From contig NC_134480.1 in the NCBI RefSeq assembly GCF_964194025.1, forward strand, positions 26,474,001 to 26,538,000: 64,000 nt of DNA, read 5' to 3'. The notes beneath the pieces are model-generated. The model ran no database searches, had not been told where the DNA came from, and worked only from the letters and a program-made list of their open reading frames with translations. How positions within the stretch are numbered: position 1 is the stretch's first letter; each line of letters begins with the position of its first letter. Made by a program: the position numbers and the translations under genes. Positions 1 through 10,579 of this stretch are shown here, one piece after another. This DNA comes from Convolutriloba macropyga. Its lineage: Eukaryota.

Positions 1-381
1 ATTGGCCGACAGGGCGTTTAGCCGACAACCAAAAAATGAGAAATTTAACCGACAATTTATATAAGATGAGCAATAACACTTATTCTGAAGCTGTGATTGG
101 CCAATTGAAAACAAATATACCGCAGTTTTTTTTCGTTATCTAGTGTAACGAAGGTCTATCATCTAGTGTAACGAAGGTCTATCAACTAGTGTAACCAAGG
201 TATTTCACCGCATGTGGCCATGCCTCAGCGGCCCGTGGGACTTGATATGAATCTATCACAACCGAACTACTGATTTAAGGATCAATGAGACTTTTATGAC
301 CAATTATGATAAAACTGTCGGCCAAATTTCCCATTTTTTCCTTGTCGGCTAAACACCCTGTCGGCCAATTTTCCTAGCACC
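1..381. mobile_element. Non-autonomous foldback/MULE-like MITE (left end outside window), inserted into the CRE relic
   Basis: 1-60 is the imperfect reverse complement of about 310-369, with repeated CCGACA motifs in the arms. The right end is ...TTCCTAGCACC(381) and CRE coding sequence resumes at 382. The interior shares a ~52-bp core with the element at 18800-19198. Confidence 0.75.
138..203 (+). repeat. 23-bp tandem repeat (about 3 copies, ATCTAGTGTAACGAAGGTCTATC) inside the MITE
   Basis: Copies start at 138, 161 and 184 (third degenerate). Confidence 0.9.
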
Positions 382-1069
382 GCTTCTTGGGCAATTCTTA
401 GCAAACGCATTAATCACTTTCAAAAATGCACGTTCTGCTGAAACGTGAATCGAAGCTTTCTAGTCGAGGGTCGTCATCAGAAGTGATAATTCTATTTGCG
501 AGTTTCACCTTGCAGAGTCTGAAGACAGGGCTCTACTTCGACATCATCGCAGAGCTCATTGAGCAGGTTGGCAAAAGACTCACGGAGGTCATTGCGCCTG
601 ATCTGTATAGCCATCTTTTCTACAATGAAGAGCACACGCTACATTAAAAATTTCTCCACATACCATGTTGACGACATTGTTACGCGATCCCATCCACATC
701 TAAGGGCAATTCTATTTCTAAAGTCTCCCTTGGTTTAAAAAATTTTTTGAGTGGAAGTGCATTTACCCAGCATGATACCCCTTTCTGAATAGCCAAACCT
801 AGAGAATAGGCCTTTCTTTCGTAGATGAGACGGATGAACCTTTTTTCGCTTGATGGCCACGTTTTCGATCTAGCCTTTTCCTGCTTTTCTTTTCTGATTT
901 TCCGAAGCATTTCTTTCCTGATGAAGCTCTGCATCTAGAGCGTTATCATTCTTTAACCGCTCACATATCAGATCAGATCTTTCATATTCGTTTGCCCTCT
1001 TTTTTTTAAATTCCCTCAGCAGGCTGTCAGAAATTGAAGAAGTCCTAGCATTGAAAATCAATTATTGTT
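382..1069 (-). mobile_element. CRE-clade non-LTR retrotransposon, 3' part (RT thumb, CCHC knuckle, restriction-like endonuclease), decayed
   Basis: Minus-strand translation across frameshifts gives LIFNARTSS, QKGVSCWVNALPLKK, VCGEIFNVACALHCRKDGY..RRNDLRESFANLLNELCDDVEVEPCLQTLQGE, DDDPRL..DSRFSRT..KVINAFAKNCPRS. These match CRE motifs EKGASxWLxALPL / CxC..H..C..GG..RHN / DARLD..FFDVKVFNP. Confidence 0.85.
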
Positions 1070-1405
1070 AAGAAGTGTCAAAAGTTGATACAAAATTGTT
1101 AAATTACTCGAACATTCTCGCAATAACTTGCGTCGCCAGGAGTTTAAAAAAAATTAAGTAAATTTTCACAGATGTGCAAGTATACAGCAACGCGTCTTGA
1201 TTATCTAATTAAATTTTTGAATTTTTCTATAATTTTTACAGGTTTCAAACTTAAAGTTTGTTAAAAAGTTTGAAAAAACTTTAAATCTTTAAAAATGAGT
1301 CTTTTTCTCTATGAGTTTTGAATAAGAGAATTTTGTTGCTCGCATGTTATGTGGCAATTCAAATTTTCTCTTTTAGGCAGAACCTGCATTCTGCACTTAA
1401 TATTT
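1070..1405 (-). repeat. 3' pseudo-LTR of PLE1
   Basis: Diverged direct repeat of 8982-9329; includes the last codons of the ORF (KY*). Confidence 0.85.
1099..1147 (-). ncRNA. Degenerate minimal type I hammerhead ribozyme in the 3' pseudo-LTR
   Basis: Minus strand reads actc-CTGGCGA-cgcaagttattgc-GAGA-atgt-TC-gagt. Stem I (actc/gagt) and stem II (gcaa/ttgc) are intact; the core boxes are mutated from CUGANGA and GAAA. Confidence 0.6.
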
Positions 1406-1749
1406 CATTGTTAGTTCACTACTTTTGTACTCGTCCCGCGTATTTTGTTTTGTCTTGTGTCTACTAATGTGTAGAGTTTCTTTGGTCATAAGTTTTTCGC
1501 TATCCTGGCACTGTTGAGTTACCTTATAATGAAAGGCCCTTAAAGGCCCATAGCATTAAACTACATGAACGGCGAATTGGTTTTTTGATGCTCCGAAAAT
1601 CTCGTGGCCAAATGTCGACACAATTGTCCGACATAGGTGGAATTGCATCCACAACAACTTATTTCGTAGTCCCCATGAGACTTCAGATTGCCATCAAAAC
1701 TAGATTTCAGGGATGGTAGACAAGTACATAATTTTCGCGTTGTTAAATA
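1397..1749 (-). pseudogene. GIY-YIG endonuclease region of PLE1
   Basis: TTRKLCTCLPSLKSSFDGNLKSHGDYEISCCGCNSTYVGQLCRHLATRFSEHQK...KETLHISRHKTKQNTRDEYKSSELTMKY*. Confidence 0.9.
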
Positions 1750-1808
1750 GTTTACTTTCAGATAAAATCATGTAAGAGGCAGCCGTGGTGGCCCCCCAAC
1801 TTCTGTGA

Positions 1809-2387
1809 ATGGTTGTTATTGTTGCTGCCTCCTCTCTATAAACAGCTTAAGCAAAGTGTAAGAACATCAGACGACAATAACAGCCATGAGTCAAATCAAC
1901 CCCAGGTGTCAGCTTGAACCCTAGAGCCGACCCCGAAAAAAGAGTTGTCAACTTTCTGAAATCTTGAGTCCACAAAGACGAGAGTATTATCATCTGGCAC
2001 GACGTTATAAACAACTCGATTACACATCATCCCCGTATTAGACGTGCCCCGCTCTCCAGGGAATAACTCATCTTCAAATTACTGAAGATCCTCAAACTCT
2101 CTGGAATTGTTTACGTGCAAAGAAACGGTGCAACTGATATTTACCAGTACCTAGCGACTAAATCTGGTTTCCCTGTCGTTCACCTTTCGAGAGATCTCTT
2201 GTCAAAAAGGAAACCAAGAGATACTACAATAGCAGCTCGATGACAAGCTCTCTATATTTGCCCATCACTATAGTTGAAATTCCTGGTTCTTGTTAAGAGG
2301 GTCAAAGACGATTTTCTTGCATTCAAGAGAAAAAAGAAACGACCATCCTCAGCCCAGCGAAGACGCTTTGCAAGATATGCTAACTAG
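1809..2387 (+). pseudogene. LINE upstream ORF (ORF0), divergent SGNH/esterase-like protein with basic C-terminus
   Basis: 193 codons in one frame with internal stops: MVVIVAASSL..PGVSLNP..IIIWHDVINNSITHH..IVYVQRNGATDIY..LLSKRK..KRKKKRPSSAQRRR. Homologous to the minus-strand ORF at 8284-8889. Confidence 0.7.
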
Positions 2388-2482
2388 GTAGTCTATTCTT
2401 TTCTTTCCTGCAATCAATCTTGTAATCGTGTATATCTTTCTGAACCGGTTAACTCCACGGTCAGTTGGATTTCAACGACAAG

Positions 2483-3392
2483 ATGACTCGCAACATCAAG
2501 ACCTGCAAAAAGAACATCAATCCCAGCGACAAAACTTATCACAGTGTCGCTTACGATTGTCACATACACTTGACATCAGTATGCACTAACCTGACAAAAG
2601 TTGCTGTCAACGGCTTTGCCGAAGATGAAATGAACGCTATGCTCTTTTGCAACAAATGCGTGGAGAAAAACGAACGCGAGACCTTCATACGGCGCAGAAC
2701 GAGTGGTAAATAGGACAAAAACTTGAGCAGTTCAACTTCAAGTCAAAAAAGGAACAGCTAAAGACGAGTTTGACCAAGTTAATAGAAACTAATGTTGAAG
2801 AAGCGATGAAATCCACCTCCGCAAACGTTGAAGACACCTATGCAAAAGTAGTTGCTCGGAGCATTCCCGAAAAGAATGAGACAGGCAATCCAAGAAAAGG
2901 ACAATAAATATGACGATCACAACATCAAGAAGAGTTTCCGAACCCAAGGCATCCCCGAAGATGTCGAAAAATCACGTGGTGAGAACCTTCTTCCCTTAAA
3001 TGAAAAAGTTAAATATGTTCTGAAGATTATTGGCGTCCAGCCTCAGATAGTGGAAATGATGAGACTCATTTAACAATGGAAATTTAGCAATGGACGTATG
3101 ATACCTAAAACACTTCTTGTTAACGTATTAACAGAACACGACGCCGGAATGGTCCTATTAAAAATGCTTTGAAAATCGAGACAAACACGTGGACGAAAAG
3201 GTCTATCTCACGTACGCATTAACTAAAGAAGAAGCGTTTAAATAAAGTCTCTGGCTCAAACGCAGGAGAGAGCCATTGAATGACGGTGTTCCTCGAGAGA
3301 AACTGAAGATAAGAAACTTTGCGTTATTTAACAAACACTTTTAGGTGGATCTTGAGCCGAACAACTCCGTAAGTCCTGAAACAAGCTCATGA
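2483..3392 (+). pseudogene. CR1 ORF1 (N-terminal PHD-like finger, coiled coil, RRM-like region)
   Basis: KTCKK..DCHIHLTSVCTNL..MLFCNKC; RTQGIPED; PKTLLVNV; LKIRNF; broken by stops and frameshifts. Confidence 0.8.
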
Positions 3393-6304
3393 CTACACCA
3401 CATGTATGTTTTGCAGATCATCGCACGAAGCCTGGTGAGTTACGAAAGACGCTTCCATCTATCAAATGCCATCAGTTTATGCCAGCCTGCCGTGATTTGT
3501 ATCTGTGAAACATGGCTCAATAACAAAAAAAGCGATCCTGAGCTACTCTGAATGACTACTTGATCTTTCGCTCAGATAGAAAATCCACTGAAGACAAGAA
3601 TCCACATGGCGGCAATCTCATTGCTACCCAAAGTGCCCTCAACTGTCGTCGATTGGCACTGGATGACGTCGACAGTTGTGCTATCTGCGAAATTCAAGTA
3701 ATCAAGAACAAAATATTTTGCTGTTCCTTCTACAACCCCCCGAAGACCAGCCCCTATCGATACTCAATCGAAGACTTTGAGAAAATTTTATCTTGCATCC
3801 CAAAAGACTGCATAGCCTTCGTCTGTGGAGACTTGAACTTCCTCAAAACGAATTGGACGAACTGGACCAGTACTCACCCGGAAGAAAATTCAGTAATTGA
3901 ATTCTTCAAAAACAGAATCTTCCGTCAACCGATTGTTTTCCCAACCTTTAGCAGAAACGTTCTTGATGTCGTTTTCCACCAAAAAGGCAACGTGTTTTCA
4001 ACAAATGCAGATGCTTTTTCGAAAATTTTCAACTGTTCTGACAACATTGGGATTAGTAGCACAATCAAATTACCACATATAGTTCAAAATAGTAGAAGAG
4101 AATTTTATTGGAGTTTTGGTTCAGCTGATTTTGACAAAATAGCCAGTGAGATTGAGCAAACTCCTTTGTTTCACTAACATTGACAACTTCTACAAAGAAC
4201 TCGAAGAATACCAGGCGAAACTCATACGCAGGAATGTCCCATCGAGAACTAGGCACGGTTAATGTCGCCCTCCCTGGAGCAAACCAAGAACGTCGCATTT
4301 GCTACGAAAATTAGAGAGCCACCAAAAGGCTTGTTTTGAGACCTAAAAGCTATCGAAAAGCGTTTGTAGCTAAACTCCAAAACCTGGTATCTGAACTGAT
4401 CGAACATGATCGTAAAGAATATCGGAACGGTTTGCTAGGATCACGAACAACCGGACTGATCTTCAAGCATCTCAAAAGTCTGACAAAGGACTCAAACTTT
4501 TCATCTGATATGGAGTACGACGGAAGAACTGCAAATACAACCCAAAAGGCGTCTTTTTTAATTTTTTCTTCAACTCAGTGTTCTCCGCCAAAGAACCCTT
4601 AAGAATTGAAGATATTAAAGTAGAGAATCCAACGCTGACAAATTTCAGCATCTCGAAAGCCAGTATCAAGTCCATCCTACAAGAACTATATATAATGACG
4701 ACCCGAGGCCTCAATGCATCCCACCAATTTTGTACCAGCAAACGTCCGAGCAGATGAGTTCAACACTCCACAAAAACATCAAGCGACTAAAAAGAATGCT
4801 CAAGAAGTAGAAAGTAGCAGCAGTTAGTCCCATCTACAAAAAAGGCATTAGGAAACTGATGAACAACTATCACGGAATATCCCTCATTAACATTTACAGC
4901 AAATTCTTTGAGAAATGCATGTATGAGCCTCTCTACACTCATTTTGTGCATTTCATGAGTTATAATCAGCACGGTTTTGTGCGCAAAAGTTCGATATTAA
5001 GCAACCTGAGAAAAATACTTCAAAGAGTGCGTCAGTCACTGGAGTGCAACAAGGATGACAATGTAGTTGCTTTTTACTCCGACTTCTCAAAGGCGTACCG
5101 CACCGTCTACCGACTACTGTCTGACCGCGTACCACACCGTCTACTACTAGAGAAGTGTGCTTCAATTGGAGTCGGTGGCTGCTTCATCGAAATCCTTCAT
5201 GATGACCGCGTACCGCACCGTCTACTACTAGAGAAGTGTGATTTAATTGGAGTCGGTGGTTGCTTCATCGAAATCCTTCATGATTACCAGTTCGGATGGG
5301 AACAATTTGTTCGATTGAATAATTGTTCCTCTGCAACTCTCGAAGTTACAAGCGGTGTCCCACAGGGCTCACTGCTCGAGCCACTATTATTTTTCATTTT
5401 CATCAACGACCTACCTGACTTGTTGAAATTCAGCGAATCATTCATCTTTGCAGACAACCTAAAGCTCCTTTTCACAAGAAAAGCCGACTGGCAAATTTAA
5501 GAAGACCTGAACAGCATTCAGCACTGGTTGAAGACCAACAAAATTGGTCTGGCAATTGAAAAGTGCCCTGCACTGAGAATCCACCTCCACTCCTGAGATC
5601 TGATGTTAAGCATAAGTCAACTGCACAGCGCTGACTCCATAAAATATCTTGGTTTTTTGTAACTTAAGACATGACCTAGTCTCTACACATCTTCAAAAGA
5701 CTCAAGAAAGCCAACAGGGCTCTTTACCTGCTTCGAAGAAACGTTTCGCCAAAAGTCAATGTGTCTGTCAAACTCGGACTATTTAAGTCCAATTCTTCTG
5801 CCAATACTGCTCTATGGAATGAACTGCGTACGGTTGAGCCGTGGTTCAACCACAGACTTAGAGAGCTTTCAAAAACGTGCTTAGAACTGGGTCTGTTATG
5901 ACTCCAATCGAAGCATCCTCCAACAGCTACTTCTCCTCAACGTACTACCACTTCCGCTCTTCATGCAGTGCAACAACATTCTGCTCATGTCCAAACTACT
6001 TGTTGAAGGAGAACATAACATCAACATTCCCACTTGCAAGCCTGAATCTGATAGGTCCACGATGTTTTTCAAGCTAAACAAGTGCAAGAAAGAAAAGAAT
6101 CGTGGAGCATTTTTCAACCGCACATGCAGAGTCATTATCAGAATAAACAAAAAAATTCAGTTTGCCGACCCTGTCCGTTTAAAATCAAGATTAGTCAACC
6201 TGATGTGGAAGTTTGTCGACAACAGATTCTCTAATTCCAACCCTTGCACATGGCAACTATGTTGCGACTGCTGTGACTGTCGCAACATTTGGAAATTGTT
6301 CTAA
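3393..6304 (+). pseudogene. CR1 ORF2 (AP endonuclease + reverse transcriptase)
   Basis: ARSL, CICETWL, FRSDR..HGG, YNPP, GDLNF, SDN; NYHGISL, NQHGF, YSDFSKA, SGVPQGSLLEPLLFFIFINDL, FADNLKL, KYLG; Cys-rich C-terminus. Confidence 0.93.
5123..5284 (+). repeat. In-frame 81-bp tandem duplication in the CR1 RT
   Basis: DRVPHRLLLEKCxxIGVGGCFIEILHD is encoded twice (5123-5203, 5204-5284); a partial third start lies near 5094. Confidence 0.92.
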
Positions 6305-6363
6305 TCAGAAGTTATGGGAGAAATCCTCTGGTGTCAAACCCCAAGCCACAACAACATCAAATA

Positions 6364-8274
6364 TGGTTGTCAATTTGCACGTTTTTTCCAATTTTAGCTT
6401 CAATTGCAGTTTGATGTTACCTCGATACTACAGGAAAAAAAAGGTTTAACATCTTTCGCTGGCCTTTTTTGTCCCCTCAGTTGTAACTTCTCGCCTCCGT
6501 TTTTCAATTGACGTTTACTTTTGATTTTCTGTAAAGCATCGTTGATTGTTTTGGAAGTCCAAATTTCAGGGTATTGATTTCTTAGCTAAATACTTTCATT
6601 TTTCTTTAAAGTTTTGTCAAAATTTTGCCATGTGCTATTGCTTCTAAAAACGCAGTGAACAGACCCTTCTACAACATTCTTTTTATGTTGGATTGGTGCA
6701 CAGCTACGGAAGACAACTTCCGTATCGATTGGTTTCCTGTGCCACTCGAAATTAACTTCTTTACATCTATTTACATTGATGTTCATGTCTAAAACGGATA
6801 AATTCCAATTTTCGTCAAGTTTTTCTATTGTGAATTTTGATTTTCTATAAATGGTGATTACTTTTTTGAGAAAGGTGTCCGGTTCACCATTTACCCTGCA
6901 AATTATACCCTCTACATATCTTGAGAATAATTGTCCTTCCGTTTCCGGTTCACTATTTAATTTGTCAACCATCTGGCAATTGGAGCAGTACCACACCATT
7001 TCTTAATTTCGCGTAAAGGTGATAGTCAAAATTTTTGGCATTTTGCTTGGAACCAATTCGCACATTTCTCACATTCGACTCCTTTTCCATTATAAGTGAC
7101 TATACGGTTGAATTCAGGGCCTCAAGATCATTTTTAGGGATCTTATTAATGATCTCTTTCGTTGACTTGATCTGATGTTCAGATGCTTTAATCCAATTGT
7201 TAGCAAGAGCTATTGCAAGTGATGCCGTACAGACAGCTAGGCGAAATAAATTCTCTTGGGTTGTGCTCCTGTTGAACGCAGTTTTTGATAAATTTTTGCT
7301 TAATAAAGAGCTCTTCTTCATATCAAGCAACGTGCCGTTGATGTCTATTTCAATCTTCAGAGCAATTTTATCGCCGGCACAAGCAACTTCTTGAAATTGT
7401 GTGCTATCAAGGACATCTGCATCCGCCAGTTTTTGTGATATGATTGCTTCTTCATCACACAAAATCCCGTGTCCCTTTCAAAAGGTACAGCCACGATGTC
7501 ATTATCTTCCAAAAATTTTGCCACTTTCACAACCCCTCTGTCGGCGATTGTTTCTCTGACATTTTTAGCGTACCATTTTGCAGAGACCTCAATTTCATAC
7601 AGTTTCTTACCATCAGTTCACATTTCTCGTAGCGTGCGGACCAGTTTGTCTACATCTGCTAATAAGTCCACCTCATTGAACTTGTCGCGGAGTGGATGTT
7701 TTGGGCCGTCGGACAGAAGATCTTTTACAAATGTTGGTAAGCTAATGTCATCAAGTATTCTGATGGAATCAAAAGTTTCTTCCTTCAAGGGTCTGTCCTG
7801 ACGTACAGACAGCTTTTTTCAACTTTGCATCCAACCCTAGTTTATGTTCTAGTTTAATTTTCCGGATAGATAAGCGTATGTTGAAGGCCAGAGATCCGAG
7901 CAGTTTTTCTTTCAGAGCCGAGCCTGACACAGTTCACTCCTAATATTGTCAGCCCTTGCGTCGAGTTTCGTTTGATTTTCTCTTGCTTTGCTTAGTTCCG
8001 TTTTAAGTAGCCTAAGTTGAAAACCACGTACGGCCTGATTACGGAAAGCATCATTTTTGGGAACACGAACTTTTAAAAAACCTGGTATAACATCACTTTC
8101 AACGCATTTCTCTAGAATATAAATTTTTCCATTTCCATCTTCCCGTTTCTCTAAATTTTTCATATGTTCCAGAAAATTCTTCTGTTTCTCAGTTTTTCTG
8201 AGGACACGTTTCAACCAACTTAGTGGTAGGAGTGGCGTCATTTGCACAAGGTTCTCCTGAACTACAGACAACAA
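6364..8274 (-). pseudogene. PLE1 main ORF: N-terminal domain and RT with internal PHD finger (internally deleted, decayed)
   Basis: YILEKCVESDVIPGFLKVRVP; GPKHPLRDKFNE; LAVCTASLAIALANNWIK; VECEKCANWFQAKC..VWYCSNC; FSRYVEGII; KFTIEK..LSVLD..WHRKPIDT; YRGNI. Confidence 0.87.
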
Positions 8275-8283
8275 AGTCTGTAA

Positions 8284-8889
8284 TTAACAAGTTGGCCCCG
8301 TTAAGCTTCGCCTCTCTCTTGCCTGACGTTGACGTTTTCCCAACATAGGTTTACCTATTCTCTTCTTCAGTAAACTGCGTAGGTTCCTTCGGTGTCGCTA
8401 AATGATGTCCAACGTCTTCAAGTGGTGCATCCTCTTGTTAAAATTCGCTGTACTGCTTCAAACACCAATAATTACGCTGTTTTCGTCGGGAATTAATGTG
8501 CTTGGTTAATTGGATTAAACACCTGATTTCAACAAACTTTTTACAAAATAAAGGGCTCCCTTAGGTATATAATACACAATAGCTTCAAAACTGAACCTGT
8601 CTTGCTGCAGGTACTCCACGAGGCCGTCTGGGTCACAATGACTGAAGTTATTGGATCTATGTTTTGTAGTTGTGTTGATAATAGTATTGTGCCACAGTAC
8701 TAGATCCATCCGGTATCTAAGGCTTCTGCTATTTTCTATTACAAATGTGACGTTTTTCAGGATGTTTCTTGAGTTTGGGTTCAGACTCAGGCCCGAAATT
8801 GTTCTGATGTGGGGCGACAGTCCTCTCCTGCTTTCGTCAGTCATATTGTTCAATGCGTGAGAACAAGATGATGCCACTATTATGTGCAT
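8284..8889 (-). pseudogene. PLE1 upstream ORF, divergent SGNH/esterase-like, homologous to CR1 ORF0
   Basis: MHIIVASSCSHAL..SGLSLNPN..LVLWHNTIINTTTKH..IVYYIPKGA..KSGV; after a frameshift, INSRRKQ..HLKTL..LLKKRIGKPMLGKRQRQARERR. Confidence 0.72.
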
Positions 8890-8981
8890 GGTGGCTCTAA
8901 AAACCTGTTATTCTGAAATAACATCTTTAATATAACCCTTCTGATAGGTAATCGTTTCACTATCGACCTGTCTGTACAGCT

Positions 8982-9329
8982 AAAAAGTTTTAAAAGTCAA
9001 AGTAAAATTGTTAAATTACTTGAACGTTTTCGCAGAAAAAACTTGAATCTTCAGTAGTTTAAAACTTGATGAGTAAATATTTACAGATATGCACATATAC
9101 AGCAAGTTGTCTTGATTATCTATAAACCTTTTCGAATTTTTCTTGAATCTTTACAGGTTACACCCCTAAAGTTTGCTAAAATGTTAAAAAAAACTTTAAA
9201 ACCTTTAGTAAGAGTCCTTGTTTGCATGAGTTTTGAACAGAAGATTTTCGTTTTGATCCACAATATCACGTTGCTCGCATGGCAATTTGAAAAATTTTTT
9301 AGGCAGAACATGCATTTCTACTTAATATT
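8982..9329 (-). repeat. 5' pseudo-LTR of PLE1
   Basis: Direct repeat of 1070-1405; begins on the minus strand with the ORF's terminal codons. Confidence 0.85.
9011..9062 (-). ncRNA. Degenerate minimal type I hammerhead ribozyme in the 5' pseudo-LTR
   Basis: Minus strand reads acta-CTGAAGA-ttcaagttttttctgc-GAAA-acgt-TC-aagt. Core boxes are intact; stems are partly mutated. Confidence 0.65.
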
Positions 9330-10579
9330 TCAATTTTTGTTGCAGTCAATTTGTAAACGATTTGTAAACCTTCTGAGGGACACCTTGCCGTGTTTGGCGA
9401 GTTTCCTAAATATGTAAAAGTATTTGATTTTTCAAAAAAATTTTGCAGCTTATATCAGAGCCAGTAACTGAGCACAGATCACGATTACCTAACAATGACA
9501 TCTAGCCCCCCCCCAAAAAAATTGTTCGCCTTCTGAACAAACTCTGGTTTTGTAACAGATTGACATTTGATTACAATATAGCAAAATGCACCGCAAAGTT
9601 GATTGGGATTCGTAGTGATTCAGGGCTACCGGCCGCATTAACGTCATCTGCGTAACATTCATAAGTCAAACTTTGATCTTCAATCATTTCTATGGGAGCA
9701 AGTATAGCAACTCCGTGCATTGCCATGGCTATTATATCATCCTGAGTTGTTCCTTTCTTGAATTTGACTATTCTTTTATCAATGAAAAAGTCTGATGTGG
9801 TCTTATAAGAGTTTCCGATTGTTGTATCAATTGAGGTACATAGATTTTCGATATCTTTTCTAGCCAGTTTTCTGTTCAGTATTTTAAACGCGTTCCTGAA
9901 CCCATTTCTCGATTTCTTTCTATTTTTCTTAAACGCTTCTGAAGTGCCTTTGCCTCAACGAACAGGTATCAATTTTGCATTTGATCCACATATCGAGCCT
10001 TCTAGACAAGGTTTTTGTTATTGATGCATAGTTTTCAGTTGGGAATCTTGCTAGAAGTAGATGCGGCCTGATCTTTGCGCAAATCATAGCGCATTTAGGC
10101 TCAAGTCCGTCTTCGAGCGTCTTAGTGAGTGTGATGTTCATGAAATTAGCAGTTTTGAAACCTTTTTGTTGCTAATGGCAAAGATGACTGGTTTCTAATG
10201 AACTATTTCATTGCAGATTTTCCCTAGATTTTCTATTTTTTTCTTGCAAATTTTTGCAAAAGTTTTGAGGAGCAAAAGTTTTGGTTTCATGGTTCTGGGG
10301 AGCCTCGAGTTAGATTGTCGGTCTATTTTTAGGTGTTTTTGAGGGTGAATTTCAGCACTTTCACTGTTCACTGCAATGTTTGCAACAAGATTTATATGGT
10401 GTTCGTCTTTAGTTGACCGGCCACTGCATTTGAACTGACTGCAATCGTAGCACCAAACTCCACTTCCTTGCAGGTGAATGGAACAATTAGAGCAATGGTT
10501 TTTAGTGTCGGATATTGTCCGAGGGAGGCTGTTCCCCAAGCATAGAACTCCGAGAAAGATAAATAAAACTATGCATGTA

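Larger units (their letters stand above)
1750..6358 (+). mobile_element. Full-length decayed CR1-clade LINE with three ORFs
   Basis: Contains an upstream ORF, a PHD-containing ORF1 and an APE-RT ORF2 ending CTWQLCCDCCDC. The 3' tail is CACAACAACATC and AAATA occurs on both sides (1745-1749, 6359-6363). Removing it rejoins the PLE ORF (KTCKLTTIF/TTRKL). Confidence 0.92.
1070..9329 (-). mobile_element. Penelope-like retroelement (PLE1), complete with pseudo-LTRs, interrupted by a CR1 LINE
   Basis: Minus-strand order is repeat, upstream ORF, N-terminal+RT ORF, [LINE], GIY-YIG, repeat. It is flanked by TCAATTATTGTT (1058-1069) and TCAATTTTTGTT (9330-9341), an 11/12 match. Confidence 0.88.

Noticed and set aside
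1070-9329. LTR retrotransposon suggested by ~340-bp direct repeats
   Set aside because: No TG..CA ends, PBS, gag, protease or integrase. The repeat includes the ORF's last codons and the element has GIY-YIG, as for Penelope pseudo-LTRs.
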